A stretch of 64,000 bases of DNA, taken from positions 29,533-93,532 of IMG/VR virus record IMGVR_UViG_3300044712_000340, one strand, 5' to 3'. The stretch comes from a virus. Below are positions 28,312 to 40,800 of the stretch, piece by piece. The notes under the pieces were generated by a model, which worked only from the letters and a program-made list of their open reading frames with translations, was not told the DNA's origin and did not search any database. The position numbers and the translations under genes are program-made. Position 1 is the stretch's first letter. Each line of letters opens with the position of its first letter.

Positions 28312-31300
28312 TTCATCTCCAAATCTTTTCATTCTTTCAACAGAATTTAGTAAAGGTAATTGTGATTCTATAAAAGGAGACCATTTACTTTCATCTTTAT
28401 GGTAACCTGATTGGTATATCATGTCTTCATCTTCACCAAACATTTCTGTAATACTTAAACTATATAATTTCCACATATCATCTAATAGTGATGTCATTGA
28501 TGTAGGGTTTTTAATTAAGTCTGACCAAGCTTTAGGATTGTAGTAGAATTGAATATCTTTATTTATTTTTTGCATGATGTTCATGATACTTAGTTGTGCT
28601 ATATTAGCATTTTTACATTTCTTATCATCGCCACACATTCCTTTTTTCATTAAAGCATATAATCCAAAACTAAGAACCAAAGTACTTAATTCAGCTAAAT
28701 TTACTTTCATATTTGCTTTATCTACTTCTGATAGTTCTCCTGTTTTCCATGCTTTATATATAGCACTAGGATTTAACTTGTATTTCTTTGTTAATTCTAC
28801 CCAAGTTCTATATCTACCTTTAGTAGTAATGTTTCTATTATAATCCATCTTCTCTACTCCAAATCTAGAATGAAAAGCCTCAAAGAACCATAATCTAAAC
28901 ATAGATCCCATTCTACCTGCAAGTGTGTCTTTTACCATTAAAGGATTTGTATAATCTCCATGTATTTCCTGGATTTGAGATTTTACTCTAGTTACCATAG
29001 CTGTAATAGCATCTGCCCCTCTTTTATTTTCAAATACCCATTCATCAGATAAAGTACCATTTTCATTAATGGCTTCCCACATTGATTTAGTTTCTCCTTT
29101 ATCATTAGTAACTTTTGCATGTAACATCATAGCTATCATTACAGTACCCTGATTAGATTTCTCTGTAGCTGTTTGAATAGCATAAGGTTTAATAGACTTT
29201 GTTAGTTTGAAAAACCAGTTCTTACCTTCATCAAATTTATTTGATTGTTTAAATTCATATAGAATATCTCCTAAAATATTATAGTTTTCTGTTACTTTAT
29301 TGAATTTTTTACTTTGAGTATATAACATAGATTCTGCTTGTAACCATTCTTTCATATTATATAATCTGCCTTCAGCAGCTTTATACATATTGGTTATCTT
29401 GCCTATAGCTAAGTTAGCTATACCAGCAGGTATATTCCATCCCATACCTTTAAGTCTCATGAAAGACATTAAACCTTTAACTAAACTATTTGTTGTAACT
29501 CTAGTACCTAAAGAATCTAATTCCCTATTTAAAATATCTTGTTCTTCTTTAGTTATATTAGGATTCTCTAGTAGTTGTTTTATCTCTTTTTGTCTTTGTT
29601 TATCTTGTTTTGTAGTTACTGTAAATAAATTTTTAGAAGTATCCCCTTTAGGTTGTTTATAGTATGCTTCCTTTAAAAAGTAATCTACCATTTCTTTTAA
29701 GTTATCTATATATCCTTGACCTACTGTATTACCTTTTGAGTCTATTATTTCATCCCCAGTATTTACTGTAGAATTAGGTAAATAAGTCATAGCTACATTA
29801 ACCATATCTTCTATCATTACAGAATGTTTATATGTAGTAGCGGCTAAGTTTAATAAATTTAGAGATTTAAATAAAGTACCTGAATCTTTATCTGTATTCA
29901 TTTTATTAAATATCTCATTAGATGCATCAATATATAATTGTTTTCTCTCAGTATCATCTAACTCTCTATCTAGTTTTAATTGTGTCTCTAATTTCTTTTT
30001 ATTGTATAGTTCTTTTATCATTCCATCTATTGTAGATGTTCCTAGTCTGATAGTTCTTATTGGTTTTCCTGTTATAGGATCTATTTTTTCTTTTAAAGGT
30101 TTTCCACCCTCTAATTCTCCTAATATTTCATTAACTAATTCTTTAGTAAGAAATTCAGGTACACCGACTTTATTTAATTTAGCTAGCATATCTGCTTCTA
30201 TAAAAGTTAAAGAAGTAGACTTTAAATCGCTATGTCCATATAATTTTTGAGCGGTATTTGTTATTTCTTTAGCCTTTTTATAGAACTCATAAGCTACAGG
30301 AATTGCTTCTATTTGTTCAAAATTAGTATCATAATATCCTAAATCTACTCCAGATTTAGTAAATCTTTTTGGAACTATAACTAGGAAAGTGTCTTTACCT
30401 ACAACATCATATATAGATCCACCTTTAGCATTATTAATAGCTTTTATTCTATAAATAGGGGAATTATTTCTTTCCCATACTTCTAAATCTGCTTTTTGTT
30501 CATTAGTTAGTTCTTCTTCTCCATACTCTACAGATATATGATCTTCTCTAACCTTTAGATAATTCTCATAGGCTGTTTTAGCTTTTTCTATATATTCTTT
30601 AGTCCCTATTACACCTAAATTAGTTTCTATTTCTTTTATATATTTAGGATCATTAAGTTTAGTAGGGTCTATAGTGAATTGATTATTTTTTCTAAAAGAA
30701 ACATTTTGATTATCATGTTTGTCACTAAAATACTTTTGAGAGAATTTATGTACTAATCTACCTGTAGGTGTCTTATGTTTAATATCATCTATTTCTACAT
30801 CAGTAGTCTGGAAGAATAGACTCTCATTAAATCCAGAAGATTTCATAGATTTATATAATTCTGCTAAATCTCTTGATTTAATCTTTACTTCTCTATATGC
30901 AGAATCATTAGCTTCATTAACTATTTTAGCTACATACTGTGCTAAGGCTTGTCCTACTCTATTTAAAGATAGTGTATTTTTAAACCATGCACCTAACTTA
31001 TGAGGTAAGGATATAATTTGTTCAAATGTAAGTCCTGTATTGAATGTAGAGTTAACTCCATTAGATAGTATTACTTTACCTTTGTTTAATAGTTTAGGCA
31101 TCAATAATGCAGCTCTTCTACTTATATCTGAAAATTTATCCTGTATAATTTCAGAATCTCTCATTTCTTCATCAAGAAACATATGAGTTTCCTCACTAAA
31201 ATCACCAGACTTAATCCACATCTTTAATTTAGTTACAGAATCATTAAACTCTGCTGGGCTTAACTTAGGTTTATTTAGTATTTTTTCTATTTCAATTAAG

Positions 31301-32556
31301 TTTCTTTCAGCTTCATTGTATATATCTGTTAATTCACCATTCTTGTGTATTTTATCAATTCTATCATTTAAGGATTCTATTCTATTATCAAGATTATTTA
31401 TATCAGATTGTTTTCCACCTGAAGACTCTAAAGTAGATTTCTCTTTTACAACTTGATTCTTTTCTTCATATAGTTTCTGTTCTAATACAGACATATCTAA
31501 ATCTTCTGATGCTTCAGATTCATTTCTCATTTCCATGTATTGTTGCATAGAATTAAGATACTGAGTATACTTAGCATCATTGTATTCCTTCATAGCATCT
31601 TCATCAAAACTTACAATACCTATAGTGTGATTCAGTCCTTTCTTAGTTACTTCTCTTAATTGAATAACATTTCTACCAATAGTATTATAATACTCTTGAT
31701 TTTGATTGTATAATCTACGTCTGTTCCTCTTGTATATGTTTTCTTTTCTTTTAGGCTCAGTTAAATCTGTCCATGTAATTCCATAATCTTCATCAGTAAC
31801 TACTACCCAATTAGCCTTATCATGCTTGTGTAATACACCATGTTCTGCTATTTTATTAGTTTTATTTTCTTCTCTTGATTTTGTATTTAGATTATTTATA
31901 AGTTTCTTCTCATCTACAATACTTTCAAATAAATTGGCATTTAGATTCATAATATATGAATCACCTCTATGATTAAATAATCCATTTTCTATAAAACTTT
32001 CATTTGTACTTAACATGGATTTTAATCTATTTATATCTTTAACCCAATTAGGATTTTCTGTAGTAACTACATCTTCTTTAAATACTTTAGTTATATCTCT
32101 ATCAGTAGTTGTACTAAGGAAGTTTAAAGCCCTGGCTTGTAAGTTATTATACTTTATAATTCTTGGACTTTCTCCAGGACTATTGAATTTTGATAATACA
32201 GAAGTATTACTGAATATATTAGTCCTAGGAAATACAATAGGTCTTGTTTCTCCTTTTTTATTAACAAACATATTATTTTCTATAGTTGGTTCTTCTATAC
32301 TATTTAACCAACTTTTAAAAGATTTTGAGTATATTACAGCCTTAGTTTTTAAGGCTTTACTTCTATTATTTCCTATTTCAGGTAATTTCATTAAATCTTG
32401 GAATAACTTAGATTCTAAACCTTCTGTAGTATAATCTAAATTATATCCATTATTATTGGCAAGTAAAGCATAAGCTATATCTTTATTGTCAAATACATTA
32501 ACAAGTTCATCGTAATCTGAAGCAACTTGTGGAATATTAAAGTTTAAACAAATCAT
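28294..32556 (-). CDS. large virion cargo/ejection protein
   Basis: 1420 aa, helical; MIC start; C-terminal hydrophobic helix LSTLVLSFGLYALM; downstream of vRNAP. Confidence 0.65.
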   Translation of the reverse strand: MICLNFNIPQVASDYDELVNVFDNKDIAYALLANNNGYNLDYTTEGLESKLFQDLMKLPEIGNNRSKALKTKAVIYSKSFKSWLNSIEEPTIENNMFVNKKGETRPIVFPRTNIFSNTSVLSKFNSPGESPRIIKYNNLQARALNFLSTTTDRDITKVFKEDVVTTENPNWVKDINRLKSMLSTNESFIENGLFNHRGDSYIMNLNANLFESIVDEKKLINNLNTKSREENKTNKIAEHGVLHKHDKANWVVVTDEDYGITWTDLTEPKRKENIYKRNRRRLYNQNQEYYNTIGRNVIQLREVTKKGLNHTIGIVSFDEDAMKEYNDAKYTQYLNSMQQYMEMRNESEASEDLDMSVLEQKLYEEKNQVVKEKSTLESSGGKQSDINNLDNRIESLNDRIDKIHKNGELTDIYNEAERNLIEIEKILNKPKLSPAEFNDSVTKLKMWIKSGDFSEETHMFLDEEMRDSEIIQDKFSDISRRAALLMPKLLNKGKVILSNGVNSTFNTGLTFEQIISLPHKLGAWFKNTLSLNRVGQALAQYVAKIVNEANDSAYREVKIKSRDLAELYKSMKSSGFNESLFFQTTDVEIDDIKHKTPTGRLVHKFSQKYFSDKHDNQNVSFRKNNQFTIDPTKLNDPKYIKEIETNLGVIGTKEYIEKAKTAYENYLKVREDHISVEYGEEELTNEQKADLEVWERNNSPIYRIKAINNAKGGSIYDVVGKDTFLVIVPKRFTKSGVDLGYYDTNFEQIEAIPVAYEFYKKAKEITNTAQKLYGHSDLKSTSLTFIEADMLAKLNKVGVPEFLTKELVNEILGELEGGKPLKEKIDPITGKPIRTIRLGTSTIDGMIKELYNKKKLETQLKLDRELDDTERKQLYIDASNEIFNKMNTDKDSGTLFKSLNLLNLAATTYKHSVMIEDMVNVAMTYLPNSTVNTGDEIIDSKGNTVGQGYIDNLKEMVDYFLKEAYYKQPKGDTSKNLFTVTTKQDKQRQKEIKQLLENPNITKEEQDILNRELDSLGTRVTTNSLVKGLMSFMRLKGMGWNIPAGIANLAIGKITNMYKAAEGRLYNMKEWLQAESMLYTQSKKFNKVTENYNILGDILYEFKQSNKFDEGKNWFFKLTKSIKPYAIQTATEKSNQGTVMIAMMLHAKVTNDKGETKSMWEAINENGTLSDEWVFENKRGADAITAMVTRVKSQIQEIHGDYTNPLMVKDTLAGRMGSMFRLWFFEAFHSRFGVEKMDYNRNITTKGRYRTWVELTKKYKLNPSAIYKAWKTGELSEVDKANMKVNLAELSTLVLSFGLYALMKKGMCGDDKKCKNANIAQLSIMNIMQKINKDIQFYYNPKAWSDLIKNPTSMTSLLDDMWKLYSLSITEMFGEDEDMIYQSGYHKDESKWSPFIESQLPLLNSVERMKRFGDELIQTN

Positions 32557-32575
32557 ATATTTAATTTTATATTAG

Positions 32576-32583
32576 CAAAGATA
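32576..32583 (-). promoter_or_regulatory. Bacteroidota-type -7 promoter box
   Basis: TATCTTTG(C) on minus strand, 19 nt before ATG 32556. Confidence 0.6.
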
Positions 32584-32615
32584 ATGAATTTAGTAATTAA
32601 TTAATTAACAACAAA

Positions 32616-33191
32616 ATGAAAAAAATGATTTTAATTTTATTAACTATTTTAGCAATAGGATGTAAAGTATCTACAACAGATATAGAAGTAAGTCCTTACA
32701 TTGAACCGTCTTTAAATCTTAGAAATAACTTACCAACTAATCATAGATTTGGTATGCCTTTAAATTATCCTAGCGGTAAAGGGTATTATGATGCTAACCC
32801 ATTTGGAAACATAACTAAATATGGAAAGCATTTAGGAAGTGATTTAAATAAATTAGGAGGGGGAGATAACGATTATAGAGATACAATATACTCTATAGGA
32901 TACGGTGTTGTAGTACTCAGTACAGGAGCCTTAGTAGCAATTCTACATAAAACTATAAGTCAGGACACTTCTTTTATAGTATCTAGTTACTTTCACTGTG
33001 ATACTATATTTGTTCATGATGGAAAATATGTTACTGCGGGAGAACCTATAGCATTGGTAGGTAAAAAATATACCAATAAAGCACATTTACATTTTGAGAT
33101 TCTTACAGATACCACTAAAACTAACGGGTTTTATGGGGATTTACCTTGTTGTATAGATCCTGTAAAATATATAAATAATTATAACAAATAA
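32616..33191 (+). CDS. M23-family peptidase, predicted lipoprotein
   Basis: Signal MKKMILILLTILAIG-C; HLGSD (HxxxD), YFH, HLHFEI (HxH), IDP. Confidence 0.85.
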   Translation: MKKMILILLTILAIGCKVSTTDIEVSPYIEPSLNLRNNLPTNHRFGMPLNYPSGKGYYDANPFGNITKYGKHLGSDLNKLGGGDNDYRDTIYSIGYGVVVLSTGALVAILHKTISQDTSFIVSSYFHCDTIFVHDGKYVTAGEPIALVGKKYTNKAHLHFEILTDTTKTNGFYGDLPCCIDPVKYINNYNK

Positions 33192-33194
33192 ATA

Positions 33195-33226
33195 AACCCA
33201 AGCTTTATTGCTTGGGTTCTTTTTTT
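33195..33226. terminator. terminator between convergent genes (probably bidirectional)
   Basis: AACCCAAGC-TTTATT-GCTTGGGTT then a T tract; A-rich on the other side. Confidence 0.7.
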
Positions 33227-34398
33227 CTTACTACTTTGTTTCCTTGCCCTATTCCTATAGATGTTGCAAATTGTTTTAACATATCTGGTGGTACTTTTAT
33301 TCCTTCTTTTAAAGCTTTTTGGTAACTGCCTTTAGGCTTCCATCCTGCTTCTTCATCCAATCTTATAGATTCTAGCATGTCTTTTTTGTATTGATCTATA
33401 TCCTTCAATACTTGCTCTTGTTTAGGTCTTTCATATACTACTTCAGACTTAGGTTTTTCTTGTCCTGTAGCTTTCCAGTAATCTATGTCAGAACTATATC
33501 TTTTTACAATACCTCTCATTCCAGCGCTCTCTCCAGAACCTCCCCTAGAACTAACATAACCTTTCCATGTAGACCAAGCATTTTTGCCAGGCCCTATAGT
33601 CTTAAGACCTAATTCATCAACTACTAAGTTATATACTTTATTGCCCTCTTCATCTACGTCTTCTACATAACCTAATGTAGTTCCTCCATGTTGAGTGAGT
33701 GCTGTATTTTCTTCTCCTCTCCAGTTTTTAGCTTTAGGATTAACATATTTACCTCTAGCCTCTCCAAATGTAAGCATAGAACCTATAGGTATGTCTCTGA
33801 CATCTAAATCCATTAATTTTTGTAGATATTCTGGATCATTTGCATCTACTATATGTTCACCTAATTTATTATATACAATGAAATCAGCAGCCTCCCAAGC
33901 ATCTACACCTTTACTGCTACCTTGAGGTTTTTCTGCACCTGTATTATCTGTTACTACTTGTCCTTTATATTCTGGATGTTCTTTATAAGCTTTTTCATAA
34001 TCCTCATAAAATCCTGTAAGAGAAGGGTGTAAAGTTTTAAAATTCTTACAACTAGAGCCAACACAACCAGCACCCTTAGTTTCTGCACTATACTTTATGT
34101 ATTTTGGATTAGATAAATACTCATTTTCTAATTGCTTGTACTGATCAGGAGTAAATATTGCTTTAGTATAATTAGGGGATTTTGTTTCTTTTTTAGGTAC
34201 AGGATCTGTAGTTACTAGTGTACCATCTTCAGCATAATCTTCTCTCACAGGTAGTTTCTCTATAAGTCTATCTAAACCTGTATGATCTCCTTTCTCAAGT
34301 AATTCTAATACTCTTTTTCTATGAATTACAGGTATTATAGCTATATCGCCTTTCTTATTCTTTACCACTAATTCTTTATTCTCAGCATTAATTTTCAT
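33205..34398 (-). CDS. hypothetical virion/cargo-associated protein
   Basis: 397 aa; N-terminal INAENKELVVKNKKGDIAIIP and YAEDGTL motif. Confidence 0.55.
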   Translation of the reverse strand: MKINAENKELVVKNKKGDIAIIPVIHRKRVLELLEKGDHTGLDRLIEKLPVREDYAEDGTLVTTDPVPKKETKSPNYTKAIFTPDQYKQLENEYLSNPKYIKYSAETKGAGCVGSSCKNFKTLHPSLTGFYEDYEKAYKEHPEYKGQVVTDNTGAEKPQGSSKGVDAWEAADFIVYNKLGEHIVDANDPEYLQKLMDLDVRDIPIGSMLTFGEARGKYVNPKAKNWRGEENTALTQHGGTTLGYVEDVDEEGNKVYNLVVDELGLKTIGPGKNAWSTWKGYVSSRGGSGESAGMRGIVKRYSSDIDYWKATGQEKPKSEVVYERPKQEQVLKDIDQYKKDMLESIRLDEEAGWKPKGSYQKALKEGIKVPPDMLKQFATSIGIGQGNKVVRKKEPKQ

Positions 34399-34892
34399 TA
34401 TACTAAGGTTTTAAGGTGATTGTCAAACAAAAATAAAGATTCTTTAGAAGTACCAAAAGCATCTAAGATATCAAGTAAAGTTGTAACTTTTTCTATTTCC
34501 TCTACTTGCTCATTAAGATACTTCTGAGCTAATCCAAAAGTCATGTAATCTCCCTCATCCATACATAATTTAGCTAGTTCTTTACATTGCCTAGTTATTT
34601 CTAGTTCATGCTTAAAAGCCAATTCAATTACTTCTGGTAATCCTTCAAATTCCATAGGTAGTGCTTTAATAGCAGGAGTAATAGGTTTTATATCTAAAGA
34701 TAGTTGATATTCATATGACCAACTAGCATGAGTTTTTTCATCTTTAGCATAATCTGCAAATAGTTTTTCTGCTCCAAGATACCCTTTATATCCCATACAT
34801 CTACCTATAGCATCATATAATTGAGAACTATACTCTTCTTGTTCTATTCTATAATTTAAAGCTTTGATTATTTTATCACTTAAAAGTACCAT
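34398..34892 (-). CDS. non-haem ferritin (FtnA-like)
   Basis: 164 aa; ferroxidase-type residues in EQEEYSSQLY, DEKTHA, HELEIT, EQVEE. Confidence 0.85.
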   Translation of the reverse strand: MVLLSDKIIKALNYRIEQEEYSSQLYDAIGRCMGYKGYLGAEKLFADYAKDEKTHASWSYEYQLSLDIKPITPAIKALPMEFEGLPEVIELAFKHELEITRQCKELAKLCMDEGDYMTFGLAQKYLNEQVEEIEKVTTLLDILDAFGTSKESLFLFDNHLKTLV

Positions 34893-34899
34893 AGTATTA

Positions 34900-37800
34900 T
34901 TATTTATTTTTCTTAATTCTTGTTTTAACTGCTACTTCTGTTTCTACTTTAGGTGTATGTCTAATTAAACAGCCACATTTAGCGTGTATTTTAGACTCAC
35001 CTTTAGCAAAATGCACATTACCATTTATTACTTCAAGGTTAATACCTCCTTCAGCATGTGTAGCTCCTTTTAAATCTTTGACTATTTCCCATCCACCACT
35101 GTATAAAGGTACTGTAAAATTACTCTTATTTTCTTGTACTATCAAATCTTCTTCATTTAGATTAGATTTCACATACATACCATACTTAGCATATTTAATA
35201 TTGCTACCTTCTATGAATACATCTATACCACCTTGTTCATGAGTGTTACCTTTCAAATCACTTACAAGATTCCACTCACTTCCACCAGTAAAATTAGATC
35301 TCATCCCTTTTTCAGCTTTAAATGTAGAACCTTTACATTTCTCTTGTAACTGTCTACCTTCTTCTTCTAACGCAGTAAGATGTAAATCTTCTAAAGAATC
35401 TTCTTTATTTACTTGTTGTACTGGTTCTACTTGTTTTTCAACTTTAGGTTTCTCTATAATTTCTTCTTTAATATTAGACACAGTAAATATATCATTTAAG
35501 AATTTGGCTGATTCATCTTTAGCTATTCCTAAAAATTCTAATATCTTTTCAAATAAATTCTTAATTCCTTCTGCATACTTGTTACCTGTAATAGTAATTA
35601 AATGCTCTCTAATATTAGGTTGAGAACCAGCAACAGCAACAAATTCATTTAAGTTTAGCAAAGAATAATAAAAATAACCTTGATTATTTGTTAATACTTT
35701 ATCAGATTTAGAAAGACTATCATACCTTTCATTAGTTATATTTTGCTTTTTAGCTATTTGGTCTTGTCTTAATAAAGCTTCATTAGCTAATTCTCTAATT
35801 CTAGCATGAATAGTCTTATTACTAAGTATATTTTTTACTTTGTCTATTTTATTCTCACTAATATATTTATTAAATAATCTAACAAAGAATAAATCAAAAC
35901 TGTCTTTATCTTTTATTGAGTCTATTACTTGATTTTTATATCCATTAAGCCTTGTTAAAGCCTGGTGTATTTCTACTGGTATCTGTTTATTGTTTATAAA
36001 ATCAAATATAAATTTATTTGATAAAGAATGTAATGTTTCATGTAATATAGTAGTAATTAAATCCTTACCTGATTTTAAGTCTGTGTTTATATTAATAGTA
36101 TTATTATCTACCATGTGCATACTATTGATGGTATTGTCATTAGTAAGTTTAGTATTAGGATCTATATTTTCTAGTAATACTTTAGCAAGTTTTACTTGAT
36201 CTGAATATCCATCTAAACTTATATTAGTTATACTTGCTAATAAATCATGTAAAGAATTGAAATTTAATTCATCTGTAGTAACTACAGAGTTAACTTTACT
36301 TCCTGTTATATTTTCATCAACAATAGAAGATTGTATATTTTCTCTACCTGATAAAGGATTAATATTAACTTTTGGGTTATTTATTTTAACTACATTATTT
36401 GTTTGTATTATAGAATTAGTTTTGTCATAAGGAGTATACTCTGTAGTATTTGATTTACCTAAAGTATTTACTCTTTCATAATTATTACTATCTGGTACCA
36501 TTCTATATAAACCATATTCCTTTTCAGAAATTTGTATTCTTATATATTTAGATGCAGGAATAGTAAGCTTTATTTGATTACTTCCTTTAACAGTTACAAC
36601 TTTAGATTTATCTATTAGTACTGCTTCTTTAGGATTGTGTCTTATCCATTGGTCTACAAATATATCAGTATTTCCTTGTTGAGGTATATCTAATATTTTA
36701 TTCAATGCAGATATAGGTATAAATTTTAAGAATTGTTGTGCTTTATTACCCCCTCTTAGTAAACTATATACTATTAATTCTTCTGCTAAATCTGAAGGTA
36801 CAATACCATTTCTATCATTAGAGTCATTGAATAAATCTATAAAAGATTTATAGGTAGCTGTCTCATCAAAACTATCTCCACCAGAATTATTGTAGTCTAT
36901 TTCTACTACTTTATCAAAAACTACAGTAAGTTTATTTAAAAATCTATTTTCTTTACCATAAATAGTATTTTTAAACTTTGTTAATCTATCATAAAAAGAA
37001 CCTTTAGATTTATTTAAGAATAAGTCTTTCCTAACATCGTCTATATTATTTACTCTAATATTAGAGGTTAAATAGTTTTTATACTCATTTTTTAATTTAA
37101 CTAAAGCAGCCTCAGACAATTGTTTTTCATCCCCTTTAATAGCTTCTACAGTAGTAACTATATTATTAAATTCCATAGCAGGGTTAGATTCTAAGAATTG
37201 TTCTCCAAAACTGTTTACTAAAGTTTTGTTACCATATATATTATCATAACCTACTGTAGTTGTAGGTATTATTGTATCTCCTTCTTGTACCCCAAACAGA
37301 TTAACTACATTAAGTACTTTGCTATTTTCTGAATTATAAAGAACATTAAGTCTACGTTTGTTTATATACATATTCTTACTAAATCCTTTAGAATCTAAAT
37401 TCAATAATTGTTTGATAGGCCCTATAGGTCTTTCAATATTCTTTAGATACATAAACTTATCTAGTATAGAGGCTTGGTATAATCCAAAGTTTTTATATTT
37501 CTCTCTATCTTTTAACATACTTAGCATAGCTTTAGAAGCATCTTCTCCTCTAAAGTCTGCTAATTTTGAATGCTCTTCTGCTATATATTTGTCATTACTA
37601 TATTTCTTTTTTAATTCCTCTACTATCTCTTTTTCTTTGTTAGGGCTGTACTCTGTAAGAATAGAGTTACTGTTTTTCATTAACCTAACGTAGTCTCTTA
37701 TAATAGGTTGAGACATAAAAGGAGCAGAAATATCTTCTTCAAAGCCTAAGAAATTAAGTATAGAGTATACACCAAAAGTATATTTATTCATATTTACAAC

Positions 37801-40800
37801 ATGCATACCCTGTTTATTAGCATTATCTACTGATAGGTTTTGAGCAGCAGCTATAACTTCTGTTTTATATCTAGGATTTTCTTTCTTTTGACTCTTTACT
37901 TTAGATAGGTTATCTATTGTATTTCCTTCTCTATCTGTACTGTATACAGGATTATAAGTATTTCCAAATTCTACTTTTATACCTATAATATTTCCATCTG
38001 AGTCTAAACCTTGAGTTAAAGTTAAGTTCTTATTTTGAGCTAAAGCATTAAATATAGAATCAGAACTAAATAGGCCCACGCCACCCTTACCTGAGACTCC
38101 GTCATAAAACTTATTTTCTTGATACTGGTCAGATAGTATACTAATTATAGGTTTAGATACATATTGTTCCATTTCTTTAATCATAGAATCATATAATCCA
38201 AATCCTAGGGGTAAATGTACATTAGCTTGAAGTGCTTTATCTTTCATTACTTCAAGGTGTATATCTAATAACTTATTATGTAACCCTGCTTTATACCTTT
38301 TCTTTAATAGCTTTAGTTCTTTAGGATCTACTAAAGTTTTTAAATAATCATAATCTTCTATAAGTTCTGCTTTAGTTAGAGTTTTAGTTTCTTTGTCATA
38401 GGCTGTTTGATACATATAAGTATATAACTTATCTACGTCAAAATCAGAACCCATCTGTGTTGTAAACTCTGCTGGAGCTATAATTAAGTCACCATTAACT
38501 TTAGGTAAAAATCCTACTATTTCTATGTAGGACATAGAAGCATGTAATTGTGTAGGTATTCTAAACCCAAACGCCTCTAGTATATCTTTAGGTAATTTTT
38601 GATAGTCTAATTTATTAGTTCCTGGTACTAAGAACTCTTTTAGTTTTAATAACTTACCCTCATTATCTCTAAACTTAAAAGGAATAAGAACTTGTGCACC
38701 TTTTATAGTTCCATTCTCATCTCTTTGAATTTGAAGTCCTTTAGTTGGATCATAAGAATCTGTAAATACTATACCAGTCTTATTTTTTTCTATCCAATCT
38801 ACAGCTTCTTCACCTTCAATAATATCAGGTTTAAATCCTGCTTTAGAACCTAATACAAAACTTTTACCTTTTAATTTATGAGATATTATCTTCTTTACTA
38901 CAGAATTTAGTAAAGACATATAAGTATCTGCATAAGGGCTTAACCATAATGGAATACTGAATTTGTTATCTAATACTTTTAATCCATCATATAAAGGTTT
39001 AGAAGTTTCTCCTCTACCTTTTAATTCTTCTACAAGAATTTCAGCTATTTTAGAATTATCTATTTCACCATATTTATTTAAAAGTCTTTCTCTGAATTCA
39101 GAAAGATTTAATTCATATAATTTTCTATATGTGTCATTATACTCTGCTTCTAGTCTTGGATTGGAATAATTTGTAAATAATAGTTTCTTTTGTTGTGTAC
39201 CATCATTTACTTCGCTTACATTTTCATCATAAGGAATATCTTGTTGTATTCTAAATCCTTTTCTTTTAAGTCTAATGTAAGTTCCTTCTAAATCTATATT
39301 ATCTACAAAGTTACCCTGTTTGTCTTTTGTAAGTTTTAAACTTTTAATAGGCATACCTACTTTAACAGCAGAAGCTACAGCAGCTCTTACTCCTAATCCT
39401 TCAGGATTTTTAGTAGTACTATTTTCTAAGGCTTCCATAGCTACTCTAAATCTATCAATTTGTAGACCTTTAGTAAGAGTAGGTATTAAAGGGAATGATG
39501 AAGACTTAATATACATCTTTCTATCATAATATGTAGGTGTACTGCCAGGTACATTAATTATTTCATTCCAAACATATACAGGTTTTAAAGGTTGAAGTAC
39601 TTTATAAAACACTTCTTTACTAGGTTCTTTACCATCTTTAAAAGCTTTAAATGCTTCATTATATTCTTCATTGGTTATTTTACCTAATGATTTTAATATA
39701 TCTAAATGCTCTTTCCAAGTAGTATACTCTTGTGCATCTGCTTCTTTCATATTTAAATATTGAGAAGCTGCTTCTTCACCTATTAATTCTTTTAAATAAT
39801 CATATGAAGTAGAATCAGACTGCAATTCATCTATAAATACTTGTAGATAGTCAGGCCCTTCCATTTCTATTCCAGGAGCTATCTCTGCTGCTAACCTTTT
39901 AGTAAGATTATCATAAGTATTTTTAATCTCATCTGCTATAGTCTTTCCACCTTTATTATATTGTGCAGGATCTCCTATAACTAATTGAAACATATTAGCA
40001 TTTGCTAAAGCATAATTAAACACTTCATTCATTGCTAATTCTCTAGTAGAATAATATTTTCTATTTTCTTTTGTGCTTTTAGAGGTTTGTACTTGAGGTA
40101 GATGTAATAAAACATCCTTCTCTATGATACCTACTTCTTTCCATTTGTCTATTTTTTCATCAGTTAAAGAATTTAAAGCTTCTTTTATTTTAGTATAAAC
40201 TTCTAACTTTTGATTTTCTGTCAGTGTATCTGTGTTTCTTGCTACATTTAATATGGATTCTCCGTTTTCAAATACTAAATCATTTAAAGATGGTAATAAA
40301 TAAAATATACCTCCATTAAAGGTTTTAAGATTTGCTTTTTCTTTAAATTCTTTTGAATTAGTTTGATATATTCTCTTTATCTCAGGCAATACAATAAAAT
40401 TATAAAACAATTCTAAAGACTGTTGTGTAAATTTATTACTATCAGTTGCCTCAAAAGCTAAACCTTTCATAGTCATAACTCTTGATTTATCAGAGTTAGT
40501 TGGAAAGAAATATGTAGCTTTTCTTACTTTGTAGTCTGTACCATTAACTTCAATATCATCAAAACTTGTACGAGACATATAATGACCATATTTAGTTACT
40601 TCATAATCTAAAGGAGACATTTCAGTAACAGAGTCACTTCTTCTACCTTGCTGTACTTTTAAAGGCTGTAATGATAAATAATCTATTTCAAACCAATCTT
40701 TAAAATCTTCCTCTGGATTATTTAATTGTGCTAGATATAAAGAGTCTTGAGTAAATATAGTTTTAGTTAATTCCTCTCTTAAAAAAGGATCATCAGATCT

